This document shows positions 51,829 through 63,997 of a stretch of 64,000 bases of DNA, in pieces. The stretch's first letter is position 1. Every line of letters starts with the position of its first letter. The stretch lies in assembly GCA_963775685.1 (NCBI GenBank), contig CAVZJV010000014.1, positions 64,001-128,000 on the forward strand, given 5' to 3'. This DNA is from Candidatus Bathyarchaeota archaeon (GTDB lineage Archaea; Thermoproteota; Bathyarchaeia; Bathyarchaeales; Bathycorpusculaceae). A program made the position numbers and the translations under genes. The notes under the pieces were generated by a model. That model saw only the letters and a program-made list of their open reading frames with translations, ran no database searches and had not been told where the DNA came from.

Positions 51829-52404
51829 TTGGCTGTTGAAGGTTTTTTCGAAAACAAAAAGGAACCTGTAGAAGCAAAAGTCGGCGACTTAACTCCACAA
51901 TCAAAAGCAGTTAACGTCACGGCCAAAGTTGTGTCAAAAACAGAAGTTAGAGAAATTCCAATGGGTAGAGATGGCTCTGCACACAAAGTATCTGATGCAC
52001 TCATCGGCGACGAAACAGGCGTAGTATACTTAACTCTGTGGGACGATAACATTGAGAAAGTCAACGAAGCAGACACAGTGCGCATTGAAAACGGCTATGT
52101 TACACTCTTCAAAGGCAACATACGTCTGAACATTGGTAAATACGGCAAACTTGAGCCAGCAAAAGAACCACTCACAGTGGAAGTTAACACAGAAAACAAC
52201 GTTTCAAGTAAGACATACGAGCAAGAACGCAGACCATTCAGAGGTGGCGGACGAGGATTCGGCGGTGGCGGCGGATACGGCGGCGGACGCGACAGACGTG
52301 GTGGCGGCGGATACGGCGGTGGCGGCGGATACGGCGGAGATCGACGCGGTGGTGGAGATCGACGCGGTGGCGGCGGTAGCGGCGGTTACAGACCAAGATA
52401 CTAA
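51829..52404 (+). CDS. ssb: Single-stranded DNA-binding protein (single OB fold, crenarchaeal type) with Gly/Arg tail
   Basis: IGDETG..LTLW, ENGYV..FKG...LNIGKYG, RGG-rich C-terminus. Confidence 0.9.
   Translation: MAVEGFFENKKEPVEAKVGDLTPQSKAVNVTAKVVSKTEVREIPMGRDGSAHKVSDALIGDETGVVYLTLWDDNIEKVNEADTVRIENGYVTLFKGNIRLNIGKYGKLEPAKEPLTVEVNTENNVSSKTYEQERRPFRGGGRGFGGGGGYGGGRDRRGGGGYGGGGGYGGDRRGGGDRRGGGGSGGYRPRY
52241..52390 (+). repeat. Coding GGC-rich tandem repeats
   Basis: GGTGGCGGCGGATACGGCGG three times and GATCGACGCGGTGG twice. Confidence 0.8.
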
Positions 52405-52577
52405 GCGCTTCCAATGTGTTGAGTTTAGAAATATTTTCTTTTTTTGATTTTTTATCATTTAGTTATTCTCTTAAGCTTTACACTCTGAGTTCTCAGAATA
52501 TTTGTCAAAGTACCAATGCTTTTAACAAAAACTTAAATCCTCAGCGGCGATTCTCACCGTTGAAAGAGTTGTCTTGA

Positions 52578-53957
52578 ATGGTAGCCGAGAAAACTGAAGT
52601 TAAGCCAACCGTTGATGAGTTGCTTGCGAAAGCCAAAAAACCCGCGCAGCTTTCTCCAGCGATGCACCGTTTCTACGAGGGCAAGATGCAGGTTATTCCC
52701 AAATGCGCTATCCGAAACACGGACGATTTTGCCATCTGGTACACTCCAGGTGTCGCGGCGCCATGTAGAATAATCCAAGCTGATCCTGACAAATCTTTCG
52801 AGTTAACTAATCGTTGGAACTACGTTGCCGTCGTTACAGATGGGACGCGTGTTTTAGGTTTAGGCGATATCGGTCCTGAAGCGGCGTTGCCTGTTATGGA
52901 GGGAAAGGCGCTTTTGTTCAAGTACTTGGGCGGAGTGGATGCTTTTCCGATTTGTCTTAGAACTAAAGACCCAGACGAAATTGTGCGGATTTGCAAGGCA
53001 CTGGAGCCGTCGTTTGGGGGCATTAACCTTGAGGACATCGAGAAGCCCAAGTGTTTTCATGTTCTCGAAAAAGCTCGCGAACAGATGCAGGTGCCTGTGT
53101 GGCATGATGACCAGCAGGGAACTGCAACTGTTATCTTGGCAGGGCTGATGAACGCTTTTAAAATCGTTGGTAAGAAACCTAAAGAGAGCTTAATAACCTT
53201 GGTTGGTTCAGGAGCCGCCAACATACGCACAGCTTACGTGCTTATGAAATGGGGCGTTAAACCAGGAAACATAATTCTTGCCGACAGCAAAGGCGTCATA
53301 TACAAAGGCAGAGCCGACATAACCCAAGAAGAAGACCCCTGGAAATACGATGTAACCCAAAAAACCAACGGTGAAGGCAGAACAGGAGACATAACTGAAG
53401 CCTTCAAAGGCGTCGATGCAGTCGTGGCTGCTTCAAAACCAGGCCCCAACACCATAAAAAAAGAATGGATAAAAACCATGGCGACCGACGCAATATTTTT
53501 GCGTGTGCCAATCCGATTCCGGAGATTTGGCCTTGGGACGCCCAAGAAGCTGGAGCAAGAATTGTCGCAACGGGAAGAAGTGATTTTCCAAATCAAGTCA
53601 ACAACAGCCTTGGATTTCCAGGGATTTTCCGCGGTGTTCTTGACGTTAAAGCCAAAACCATTACAGATGACATGTGCATCGCGGCAGCAACGGAATTGGC
53701 AAATTATGCTGAAGAACGGGGGATGAGCGAAAAAGATATTTTGCCACGGATGGATGAGTGGGAGGTTTTTCCAAGAGAAGCTGTTGCGTGCGCCCTTAAA
53801 TCTATTGAGACAGGGTGTTGCCCGTGTGAAACCAAGTAGGCAGGAACTATACGAGCGAGCTTCAGCGATTATTAAAAATGCTCGGGACTCAACTGAACTG
53901 CTAATGAAGCATGGCTTGATTAAGAAGCCGCCAAGCGAGACAGAATTGCTGAAGTAA
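52578..53957 (+). CDS. NAD(P)-dependent malic enzyme (two indels, near 53495 and 53810)
   Basis: YTPGVA, GLGDIG, PVMEGK, NLEDI, HDDQQGT, then FACANP and [12 protein letters not shown] in the next frame. Confidence 0.92.
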
Positions 53958-54012
53958 CTCTTCTAAAAGAGAAAAATAAAAAATTAAACGGTTTACAAAA
54001 AATAAAGGAAAA

Positions 54013-54283
54013 CTAAAGAGGCATTATTTTCACGATATTTCTTTTTTCAAGCCTTCGCAAGTGCATCAAGGCATTCGTCTTTCTTCTCGCCTGTAATGTT
54101 TAGGTTAAGCATTATGTCTTTAACAGAAATGCCTGGTTTGCCGAAATTCAAGTGACGTTTGTAGAGGTGCTTAACGATAGATTTTTCGAGTTTTCCGCAT
54201 CGCCAAGTAGTGTTCCGGATCAAAACAACTATGGTTTGGACAAGGGTCTGCTCGTTGGATTTTCTTCCTCGGTTTTCTTCCAA
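54013..54283 (-). CDS. Small winged-helix-like hypothetical protein (indel near 54060)
   Basis: After a one-base correction the end reads CLDALRRLEKRNIVKIMPL*. Confidence 0.55.
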
Positions 54284-54357
54284 ATCTCCCCACCCTATAA
54301 TTTTTACGGGGGCAATTCATTTAAACGTTTGTTCATTTGTGGAAAGTGGGTTCTGAT

Positions 54358-54807
54358 TCACAGAGTTTTTTTGAGGTAGAAACCATGTTTTGTGCCATAG
54401 TATCTTTCTAGTTTACCAACTGTTTGGTAGCCCAGAGTTTGATAGAGTTTAATGGCTGCATGGTTGTCTTCGCGAACTTCAAGGCGAACCTCGTTTATGC
54501 CTTTTTGTTTTAGGATGCTTTCTATTTCGTGGAGCATTTTTGTTGCGATTTTTTGGCGTCGAAAGTTAGGTGCCACGTTTATTGTTATAATGTGTCCAAA
54601 TTCAGTGTTTTCTTCAACTTCAACCTGAACGATTATGAATCCGGCAAGGTTGACATTTGCCTTTGCCACTAATGCAATGGAGTTGTAGTCGGTTAGCAAG
54701 TAGGATATTTGGCGTTTGCTGAAGGCTTCTTGGTCAAAGCATTTCTCTTCGATTCGAAAGAGCTGGTCAAGGAGTTTGATAGTTGCAGTTTCAATTTTTA
54801 CTTCCAT
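54358..54807 (-). CDS. rimI: RimI/Ard1-like GNAT N-acetyltransferase
   Basis: GHIITINVAPNFRRQKIA, LEVREDN..AIKLY..LGY, RYY. Confidence 0.85.
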   Translation of the reverse strand: MEVKIETATIKLLDQLFRIEEKCFDQEAFSKRQISYLLTDYNSIALVAKANVNLAGFIIVQVEVEENTEFGHIITINVAPNFRRQKIATKMLHEIESILKQKGINEVRLEVREDNHAAIKLYQTLGYQTVGKLERYYGTKHGFYLKKTL

Positions 54808-54831
54808 TTTGCTTGTCTATTATAGTTAGGG

Positions 54832-55911
54832 TTAAGGGAGAATTTTAGTTTTTTCTGTTTCCGCCGCTTGGGTCACTTGAGGTTTTAGTTCTAGGTATTG
54901 TTGGGCTCCAAAGCCAATGAAGAAACGGAACCAAAGAGTTATAATTCTCACAAGTATTGTTGCTGTGGCCGCTAAAGGACCATAAATTCCCATTGAAATG
55001 TAGAGGGTGGTCATAACGGCTTCGGGGAGTCCGACTTCAAAAGGTACACCAATTGGAATTGCTTTAACAGCTAAGAAAATAGCGGAAGTAACAATGATTA
55101 TGCTCCATGAAACAGGGTGGCCAAGTGAATAGAAAACAAGGTAAGGTATGCTTAAGCTAAAAAACCAAGACACAACTAGATAAAAACACTGAGCCCGCTA
55201 TGGTTTTTGGGTTATTACGGAACTCTTTCATCGAATCGTGAAAATGTGTGGTGACTTCGACGGCTTGTCCGGTTAGTTTGGTTAAGTTTACTTTTCCGAA
55301 AGTAAGTTTGTGGACAAAGTCGCGTTACAACATCAATAACTTTCAGGGTCCACTGCTGCTTGAAAGACAAAACGAGCATTAATCCAATTATTCCCACAAT
55401 TGCTGCAGCCACAATTATAATGGCGTTGAAGACTAATGGGTTAACATTTCCTCCTCTGGTAAGCAATATTATTCCTGCAACTAGGGCAACAACATTTAAC
55501 ACCATGCCTAAGAGCCTGTGGGTGAAGAGGGAGGCAACTATTTTTCCGAATGGACCGCATTTGTCTCTTGTACACAGGTATGTCCGGGTTAATTCTCCAC
55601 TTACGGATTGCGCTGGAACAATAGTGTCAACGTATATCCCATACCAAACGTAGAGGTAAGCTCTCATTACTGTCATTTTGATTTGGAGGTAGTTGGTTAA
55701 TACTCGCCATGATAGTGTGAAGAATAAAACTTCCAGTAAACCGAAAACAATTGCGACCATGTAAATGAGGGGGTCTGCGGTTTGTGCTTTGCTTATGATG
55801 TCTAAAATATCCACTTTGAAAAAGGTAAATGTAGAGAAAGAATCCGACTAAACCCAACAATGGGAAAACTATTGTCTTCCAAGTTAGCTTTGGCTTAGCG
55901 GGGGGTTCCAA
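54832..55911 (-). CDS. Lysylphosphatidylglycerol synthase-like (UPF0104) flippase, split by indels
   Basis: TM-rich frames containing W, P...SGE..R, GLPE and VRIITLW. Confidence 0.8.
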
Positions 55912-56350
55912 TAGACTTTTTCACCAGCGTTTAACGGAGAGGTATAAACAAAGCAATTATATACTTTACCCAAATCTGAGCTTAAGTTTTTTTGCTTGAT
56001 TAAGCAAATGGACTTTGAAATACGTTTTTTTATAGCCCCTTCTTTGAACAGGAATAACCTTGAAGAATAAGGTTCCAAAAAATGCCAATGAAACTCTATC
56101 GTTCTTGGTCAACGCCATAATACCTAAACTCCGCTTGGAGTCACAAATAAGCTTTGCAGCTTATCTTTTCTTTTTAGTCGACAATCAAATATGCCTTCAT
56201 CAATGAGTTTGAACCTCAAACGTCATGGAAAAATTGTTCTAGTAGAAATATGAATTCTGTATTCAGATTCTCAAGTCGTAACGATATTATATATAGTCAG
56301 TCAAAATTGGGTAGCAATACCCAAAATATAGGAAAGGTTGAACACCAAAA

Positions 56351-57248
56351 ATGGCACTCGCAATGGAAAACAACGCTTTAATGAAAATCTATAATAAACA
56401 GACCGATGCATGGAAACTAGTTAAAAACAGAGACCAAAACTACAGTAAACAACTGACAACCATCGAAGAAACACTTACCAGGTTCGGGCTCCTCAAAAAT
56501 GAAATCAGAGTCTACATGTACCTTGCACGAGCTGGAGAAAAGAAAGCTGGAGAAATAGCTGAGGCAATCTCGCTTCACCGCACGGAAACATACAGAATTC
56601 TACGCGACTTAGAAAAGAAAGGGATAGTTTTCTCCATTTTCGAGAAACCGTTAAAATTCACCGCAGTTGCTCTTGGACAAAGCTATTGATTTGCTTGTTG
56701 ATGCCCAAAAAATAAAGATTAAGCTCTTAGAACAAGAAAAAGCAAGCCTCGTTGAACTCTGGCAATCCATGCCTCAGCCGAAAGTTGAAGCTTCCAAAAA
56801 AGAACTCTTTCAAATGCTCGAGGGTGAACAACAGGTGCTCATGAAAGCAAATGAATTGCTTGAAAAAACCGAGGAAAAATTCCAGGTGTTCGCTTCAGCC
56901 GATTATCTTTCAGAACTCTACTACAACGATTTCTCGGACAAACTAAAAAGTCAAGCTGACAAAGTCGAGGTTACCCTAGTAACTGACAGCTCGCTGAAAA
57001 GCGCTTACTTCATCGGTCAAATGCAATGGTTAAGTGAATCCCACAAAATTGATGACAAGCAAAATCTGCCATGCTTCATGATCTCAGACAACAAAGAAGT
57101 GATGATTGCATTTCACGAAAAAGACAACGAAAGCGAAGATGACGTGAAAAAGAAGTACAGAACTGCCGCTATATGGACTAACTACAGCGCCCTTAGTAAA
57201 CACTCTGCAAATGCTATTCTCAAAACTTGTCTAAGAATAAACAATTAG
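56351..57248 (+). CDS. TrmB family transcriptional regulator (indel near 56675)
   Basis: FGLLKNEIRVY, ETYRILRDLEKKG, KPLKFTAV, and C-terminal FMISDNKE...AIWTN. Confidence 0.85.
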
Positions 57249-57260
57249 ATCTTTTTTAAA

Positions 57261-58612
57261 CTAAATTTTCTTTTCCCTTTTGACCCTGAGCTTAAATACC
57301 CAAAGCAAAGCTGCAAGTAAAATAGCAACAACAGTTGCCGAATAAACTATAACTTGAAAACTTAAAGTTGCATTAGTGTTTAGAGCAACGTCAAAGTTTT
57401 ACTATGGAAAAATCGTATTTTGCTTTGCCTATTAATTCAGGTTGACCTATCGGGTCAGTCCAGCCAACCATAAAATACGAGTTCTTGCCTTCATCGATTA
57501 CTGTGTAGGCTTCTTGAAACCCCTGATCGCCCTGAGTGCAACTCCACAAAACCTGTCCTGCATTGTTGATTTTGAACAGCCAAAAATCTCTGTTCCCCGA
57601 GCCGAAGGAAAAGGTAAATCCAGCGACTAAGTAACTGCCATCTTTTGAGTTGACAACGTAGGCTGCTGAATCCGCGTCTTTTCCGCCGACTGATTTGTTC
57701 CATATCATGTTTCCAGCCGAGTCAATTTTGACTACCCAAGCATCGGTTGAGTGTTCTGCTGCTGGATGTCGCCGACTATTATATAGCCGTCATTTGCTTT
57801 CGATATGGAATATGCTTTTTGACTTTCTGCACCGCCATAAGTGTCTTTCCAAACAACATTACCGTAGGCGTTGAGTTCCATGAGGTAGAAATCATAGTTT
57901 CCATCACTTTTAGAATCCGTATACCCGGCCACCACATAATCCCCATCTTGCGTTACTACGCCGGATCGTGCAGCGCTGTCAGCGGATTCGCCATAAAGTC
58001 TACTCCAAACAACATTCCCGTCGAAAGCAAGTTTAACTATCCAAGCAGAAGATTTTCCGTCAATGCTCGAAGAACTTAACCCAAAAAGTACAAAGCCATC
58101 TGAAGTTGCAAGCCCAGAGAAGAGCTTATTTGTTGTTCCCTCATCTAATATTTTCGTCCACTGCAAATCACCTTGGTTATCTATCCGCGCAACATAGCCA
58201 CTAACTTGCCCCGACACAAAAAACTCGTTTCCAACTAGCAAATAACCATTCGTCAAATTCACAGCATAACGAAGCTCCGTTCCCCAACCTTCAAGGAAAG
58301 TTTTGTTCCACAAAGCATCACCTTCTCTGTTGAGCTTTAAAGCCCAGCCAACAGTTGCATTTGCAACTATAGACCGTGAGGAACCAACCACCAAATAACC
58401 ATCGATTATCGGTAATGCGTAGAATGCGCGGTCATCAGCTGCGTCCTCCATAGGTTTTTGCCCAGATAACGTTTGCAGCAGGAACACTCAATCGAGTGTT
58501 ATCGTCAACTTTTAGTGGGATAGTGATTTGGGCGGCGCTGACGCTTTAGGGTTAATACAATCAAAGTGACCAGTAGGGCAACAATTATATTTATGGTTTT
58601 AATTTGCTTCAT
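57261..58612 (-). CDS. Secreted beta-propeller repeat protein with C-terminal TM, split by several indels
   Basis: Repeated DG.Y.V.G...W..K....G...W...YGG units. Signal peptide from ATG 58612, TM tail ending at 57261. Confidence 0.75.
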
Positions 58613-58650
58613 CTTCGGTTTCCACTTGTTGGTTAGCACTATATTTATTG

Positions 58651-59414
58651 TTACATGCTGGTGCATGTTAGGTTTGCTCCTACAAATATGCCTCGCTGAT
58701 CTTGACACAGCACCGAAACTGCCAAAGGTTCGTTAAGCTGAGAAGTTTCTGCATTAAAGGACATCGTGTATGTTCCATTGCCAAAACTGTTGATAATTTG
58801 GCGAATCCACTGCAATCCAATTCGTTGTGTTCTGATAAGAAACAGCGTAGTTCTGACATTAACGCAGGTTTGCCATCGTTTTTGAAAGTGAATGTGAGGT
58901 TAACTTGTTTTGTAGTATCGTCGAGTTGGCGGTAGCTTCCTGTCAAGTTAACTTGTGAGGTTACGTTTATTTCGTATTCTATGTTAGAAGTCGCTGAGGG
59001 GCTGGAAGAGGCAAAAGCAAACGAGGCAAAAGCGCTTGAGATGCCTTGACCGTTTGCGCCCCAAGAAATCCATATGCCGTTTTGGTAGTTACTTGAGTTT
59101 AGAGTATTGTAATCCATGGTAAGCATGGCTTGGTAGGAGTTTGAGAGAAGCACAGTTTTCAATTCATTAAGGTCCAATGTCAAAACTGCAGAGTTGCCCC
59201 CGTCGGTTGCGTTTGCTAAGGCGCTAATCAATGTGCTTCTTAAGGCTTGTTTGTATCCGGAAAAAACGTTGACTTCGTTCGAGTCCATAGTCGGTACTTC
59301 TTTTCCAACTTCAATGACATAAAGCGCAGTGGAAAGCATGAGCAGTGCTACGAGCAAAGCGGAAACTATGAGCACTTGACCTGAACGGTTACGATTAAAA
59401 ATGTGTTTCTCCAT
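58651..59414 (-). CDS. Pilin-like protein with class III signal peptide (indels near the 3' end)
   Basis: MEKHIFNRNRSG/QVLIVSALLVALLML. Confidence 0.7.
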
Positions 59415-59416
59415 GA

Positions 59417-59840
59417 CTAGTCCAACACCGCCAACTGCAAGTTGCAGAACATAAATTGTAAACGTGCTGTCTTGGCCAACACAAACATAGCTGAAAGAAA
59501 CAATGTTGCCGCTGATGGCTCCCCCATTAGATATAGGAACCTCGTTTAGGATGTTTTGGTTTTTATCGAATACGGTTAGGTTAAACCATGTCGTAAGGGG
59601 CAAAGCAGATTCTACGCTCTTCCCAAGCTTCTCCCAGTCATGGTTATCAACTAGGTTTGCCAGATGTCCGTCGCCGTCTAAAGTCAAAAGTACGTTCTCT
59701 GCTTTCCAAGCCAGATTTACCGAGGCGTTTCTGGGGGTATCCTGCGCTGGAATTAGCGCCAAGCAAGATAGCATTAGCATTGATGCAAAGAAAGCTTCGA
59801 TAACACGCACTTGTCCTTTTTTGTGGGTAAGCAATCTCAT
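59417..59840 (-). CDS. Pilin-like protein with class III signal peptide
   Basis: MRLLTHKKG/QVRVIEAFFASMLML. A one-base correction gives ...LQLQLAVLD* two nucleotides before the next ATG. Confidence 0.7.
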
Positions 59841-60884
59841 TGCGGCGTGTCTCCTAAACTTAAATCAAGTCTGTAGAGTACTCCGTTGATGGTTATGATG
59901 TAGCTAAAGATGTTTTGTTCTTGGTTCTCGAAGTCTGCTCCAGCTTTCATTGGAACCTGAGGATAGGTAGTCCAAATCTGAACATACACACTCTCGTTGA
60001 AACCCCCAACAACAAGTACGGACGGGCTTTTATCGATTAAATTTGGAATCAGGTACTCATCTGGTGTTTGAGTGGAAGACAAATTCTGATTGTTGGAATA
60101 TGAGAAAAGGTGGACGCTACAATTTGCTAGAACCTGATTATTTGTCGTTATGTCCAATGTGTGATTAATTGGGTTTAACATTAGAGTACTTTCATTTGCT
60201 GCCGCTTCTTGGATTGAATTGGCAAAGTTGTAGACTCCATATGAGGTTACTCTATCATCAAAAGAAGCTCTGGCAAAAACAGTCAACAAAGCACTATCGA
60301 CTTTTACACTTGGAATTTGAAGTGTAACCGTTCCAAGTCCCATGATTGATGAGCTTCCGTTTGTGACGGTCACATAATTGTTTGCCATGATGTACCCATT
60401 TATGGTTGTGCTTGTGGGTTTTGAATCGATGCTTGTTAATAATTGGAAGATAAATATAATGTCACTGCCAATAGTAGAATTACTTAATTGCGAAATTTTT
60501 ACAGTCATAAGTTGAGAAACCGAAACGCCTACTGCTATGTTGTTTATTTGGGTAGCATTTAACATTTCAGCGATATGATAACGAGTAATTATTTAATCTA
60601 TTTAATCGGGTAATTTTGTCGATGTCTACTTGGTAGGAGTAGGTTGGATCACTTGAGGCTAAACCGAAGTCGGATGGCAGGGCGCTACTTGTTCCCCAAT
60701 TGATAGGGACTCCAGGTTTTGTTACGATGCGGTCAGCTAATGCTTTTAGATAATTGTCTTTGTTAATGTCTTGTGTGCTAACGATTCTTGTTTGCAAAGT
60801 TGAACCCAAGAAAGCCATGCCTATGAGCGCCGCTGCTACAAGGATTGTACAGGCAAAGAAAGTATCAAACGAACTCGTTGGCAA
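59837..60884 (-). CDS. Pilus-associated membrane-anchored protein (one gene split by an indel)
   Basis: N-terminal TM, PGVPINWG...FGLA motif, and frames abutting at 60565/60567. Confidence 0.65.
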
Positions 60885-60897
60885 ACATTGCTTCTCC

Positions 60898-62409
60898 TTA
60901 GGTTATCGGTTTTAGTCCTCCCATAGTGAAAATACCTGAGAGTAGAGCTTCAGAAGCAACTAATGAAATATAAGCGGTTAACGCTAACAAAGCGGAATGT
61001 TTGAATCCGGCGCCAAAGTTGCCTTCGCTGATTTTTCCGATAAAGAAACCTGAAATCCAGCATTGAAGTATTATTCCTACGGAAAATATCTTGAGTTGGT
61101 CATTCATGGCCATCGTGGCCGCTGCTGCCAAATCGGAGCTAACTACACCTGTCATCATAGTAGTGGTCAAAGCCACAATTGTTGTGGTTATAGCGATTAA
61201 TGCACTCCACATAAAAGCCAAAAGAATGTACGGTTTCAAAAGTGCTCTGCGGTTAACCTGCATTTCCCTTTCTTTTTCACTATATTCCGACAGAATCTCT
61301 AAGGATTGAATTGAGTTTCCACCAATTTCAATGGTTTCCACAATCATAGCAAAGTTGACAATGACAAACCAACTTCTTATTTCCTTGCGTATATTTTCGA
61401 AGGTACGTCTCAAGGGGATTCCCCATTCGATTTGGCTACGGATCAAATCAAGAAACTTTGAGAAGGGCCCATAATCTTTTCGTTTGGTTGCTTGGATTAT
61501 GCTTTTTTCAGGCGAGAGACCCGTTTTTTGAGATTCCGTTATATCTCGGATGAAACTGGGGATGGATTCTTCAGCGTTATAGTTTATTTTTGAAATTCGG
61601 TGGTATTGGTAAGCTAAAGGGATTGAAGCAGCAACTAGGCCGATTGTTGTAATTTCAGGCAAACCAATAGGTTTGATTACGTCTGAGCCAATTAATCCGA
61701 AAACTCCAATTACCGCAAACACTGGGATTATGAAGATTAACGCTTTTTTGTATAGATCCTTGAGGTCTGGAAAAGCACTTTTTTGCATGTTATGCGCCAT
61801 TAAAATAAAAATCCCCGACATTACAGGCATTATAATAAACGCAATTAAGTAAGACATAATTGGAGAAATTGAAGCTGAAGAGCCTGAAATTAATTCCGAG
61901 ACACTTGACGATGAGAAAACGACAAAGAGAATATAGGTACACAATACTACAATCAGCATTACTGAGTAAGCTTCAACTATTGCCGCAATTCTTTCGATTT
62001 GACGGTTCAGATTGATGTATCGCAGTTCGAAGATCGTTTTTAACTGACTTTTCATGTAATCAGCCAATTTTCCTCCGCTTCGAACTGAGGAAACAAAGCC
62101 CCCAAGAAAGCTCCGATATAATTTAGAATTAGTCACTTCTGCCCGCTGGTGCATGACAGTTAAGGGGTCTTTTCCTAATACCTCAACTTGACGAACAACT
62201 TCATCAGCTTCCTTCTTAAAAATTTGAAGAAAAGACAGTTTCCGCATTTTTTTCCAGCTATCATATGGTGAAATTCCACTTGCAGCCATAAGGGTAAAAA
62301 TCATAACTGCAAATGGCAACTCAGCCTCAGTTTTCTCTCGTTCTTCGCTAGTAGCTCTATTTAAGAGACCGAAGATTTTGCCGAGGGGTCCACCAGAAGC
62401 CTTTTTCAC
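60898..62409 (-). CDS. Type IV pilus/type II secretion platform protein (TadC/ArlJ-like)
   Basis: Two T2SS-F domains (VRSGG, IEIGG) and multiple TMs, adjacent to the ATPase. Confidence 0.9.
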   Translation of the reverse strand: MKKASGGPLGKIFGLLNRATSEEREKTEAELPFAVMIFTLMAASGISPYDSWKKMRKLSFLQIFKKEADEVVRQVEVLGKDPLTVMHQRAEVTNSKLYRSFLGGFVSSVRSGGKLADYMKSQLKTIFELRYINLNRQIERIAAIVEAYSVMLIVVLCTYILFVVFSSSSVSELISGSSASISPIMSYLIAFIIMPVMSGIFILMAHNMQKSAFPDLKDLYKKALIFIIPVFAVIGVFGLIGSDVIKPIGLPEITTIGLVAASIPLAYQYHRISKINYNAEESIPSFIRDITESQKTGLSPEKSIIQATKRKDYGPFSKFLDLIRSQIEWGIPLRRTFENIRKEIRSWFVIVNFAMIVETIEIGGNSIQSLEILSEYSEKEREMQVNRRALLKPYILLAFMWSALIAITTTIVALTTTMMTGVVSSDLAAAATMAMNDQLKIFSVGIILQCWISGFFIGKISEGNFGAGFKHSALLALTAYISLVASEALLSGIFTMGGLKPIT

Positions 62410-62412
62410 TAT

Positions 62413-63997
62413 TTACTGCACCTTTGATTCTTCGTTCGTAGCGACTAAATTCGCGAGGTTAACGGAGCTGTTCAATGCCTTGTGCACACTTCTGAAGTCA
62501 CGCAGGTTTTTTTCAACCATACTTAACAAGATTTGTTTTCTGCGTTCAAACTCTTGCTGAACAACACTTAAAGGAGCATCAAGATTTTGAGCAATTTTTG
62601 ACAGCAAGTAACTTTTGTCTAAATCCATGTGGAATGTATCGGATGAAAGATTCCAATTGAAAACTTCGCGGGGAATACCACTGTTGTCGATTTCTGCAAC
62701 TTTGACGATTTTTCTCATAGATTTCTTTCGTTCACGGAGGTTTATGCCTGATGTATTTACTTGTTTAACAACAATTACGCAGTTCATGAGTGACAGAATA
62801 CTTTGGGGTATGTTCATTGGCGGCTGTGTTAAACGTTTAATTACTGTTTCCACGTCGTCAGCATGCATCGTACATAATCCACCGTGACCTGTAGCTAAGG
62901 CTTGAAACAGAACGTATGCCTCTTCGCCTCTGATTTCACCTACAAGAATTAAGGCAGGTCTGTGTCTAACAGCTGACTTGATTAGGTCATAGAGCGTGAC
63001 TTCACCATCGCTGTCTCCTCCAAAGCCAGTTCTTGCAATGGTTGAAACCCAGTTCTCTTGGGGGAGGTTAATTTCTTGGACCTCCTCTACGGAGATCATT
63101 TTAAAATCAGGTCGCACCAAACATGCAATCGCGTTCAAAGCGGTTGTTTTTCCAGCTCCTGTAGGTCCTACGACCATGACGGACATTTTGTTTTCCATAA
63201 GCATCCAGAGATAGGCTGCGATTGCTTCATCAATTGTTTCATTCATTATTAGATCTACGATTGTAAGGGGGTCTTCTTTGAATTTTCTTATGGTGAAGCT
63301 TGTTCCTGCAGGGGTTGTTTCTTTTCCGAACGATACTGCCAGTCGGTGTTTTCCTGGAAGAGTCAAATCCACAATTGGATGGGCTATGCTTACATGTTTG
63401 CCTTGCCTATGTACTATTCGAGTTATGAAATCGTCGAGTTCTTCCTCGTCAGTGAAAATGAGATTGGTACGTGTGCTATGCATATTTTCTGTGGTAAATA
63501 TAAACGGGTTTGTCTATTCCTAAACAACTAATATCTTCGATGTATGGATCACTTATGAGACCATCGATTTTTCCGTACCCTATTAAGTCTTTTTCGAGAT
63601 AATAGAATATTTTTCTTAAACCGATTTGGCTTGTTCCATCAAGAGCTTCTTTGTGTTGATCTATTATCGTGGGAAGTTGTCTACGAAAAGAATCGACCAA
63701 TGTTTCGTCTATCCTTGGGGCTTTGAGTTCATACTCAAGAATATTCTTTAACCGTTTGTAGGATTCCCTTTCCTTTTTTGACATGGGCAAGTCATCGACG
63801 ACATAAAAGAAGCCTCCTTCTGAATCATCTTGAAAAATCCATGCATATGAAAAAGGCGGATTAAGAGGATAACTTTCAATTTGAGTGAAACCCTCCGGCA
63901 CCTGGTAGCCTTGGATACCTAAGTAGGCTACGAGTTCTTCATCAGGAGTTTCTTGTTTTTCCGGAATTTCCTCTGTTTTCTTTTTCCCTAACTTCAT
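62413..63997 (-). CDS. Type IV pilus assembly ATPase (VirB11/ArlI family), one indel near 63480
   Basis: DPYIEDISC, FTIRKF, GPTGAGKTT, RHRP..ILVGEIRG, TGHGG.CTMHA. The start may lie beyond the window. Confidence 0.93.

Noticed and set aside
52133-52458. Ala/Asp-rich and Ser/Ala-rich ORFs overlapping ssb
   Set aside because: They are alternative frames of the GGC repeats in the SSB tail.
58680-59840. 386-aa double-pilin fusion
   Set aside because: Removing one T restores a stop at 59417-59419 just before a second ATG that has its own class III signal.
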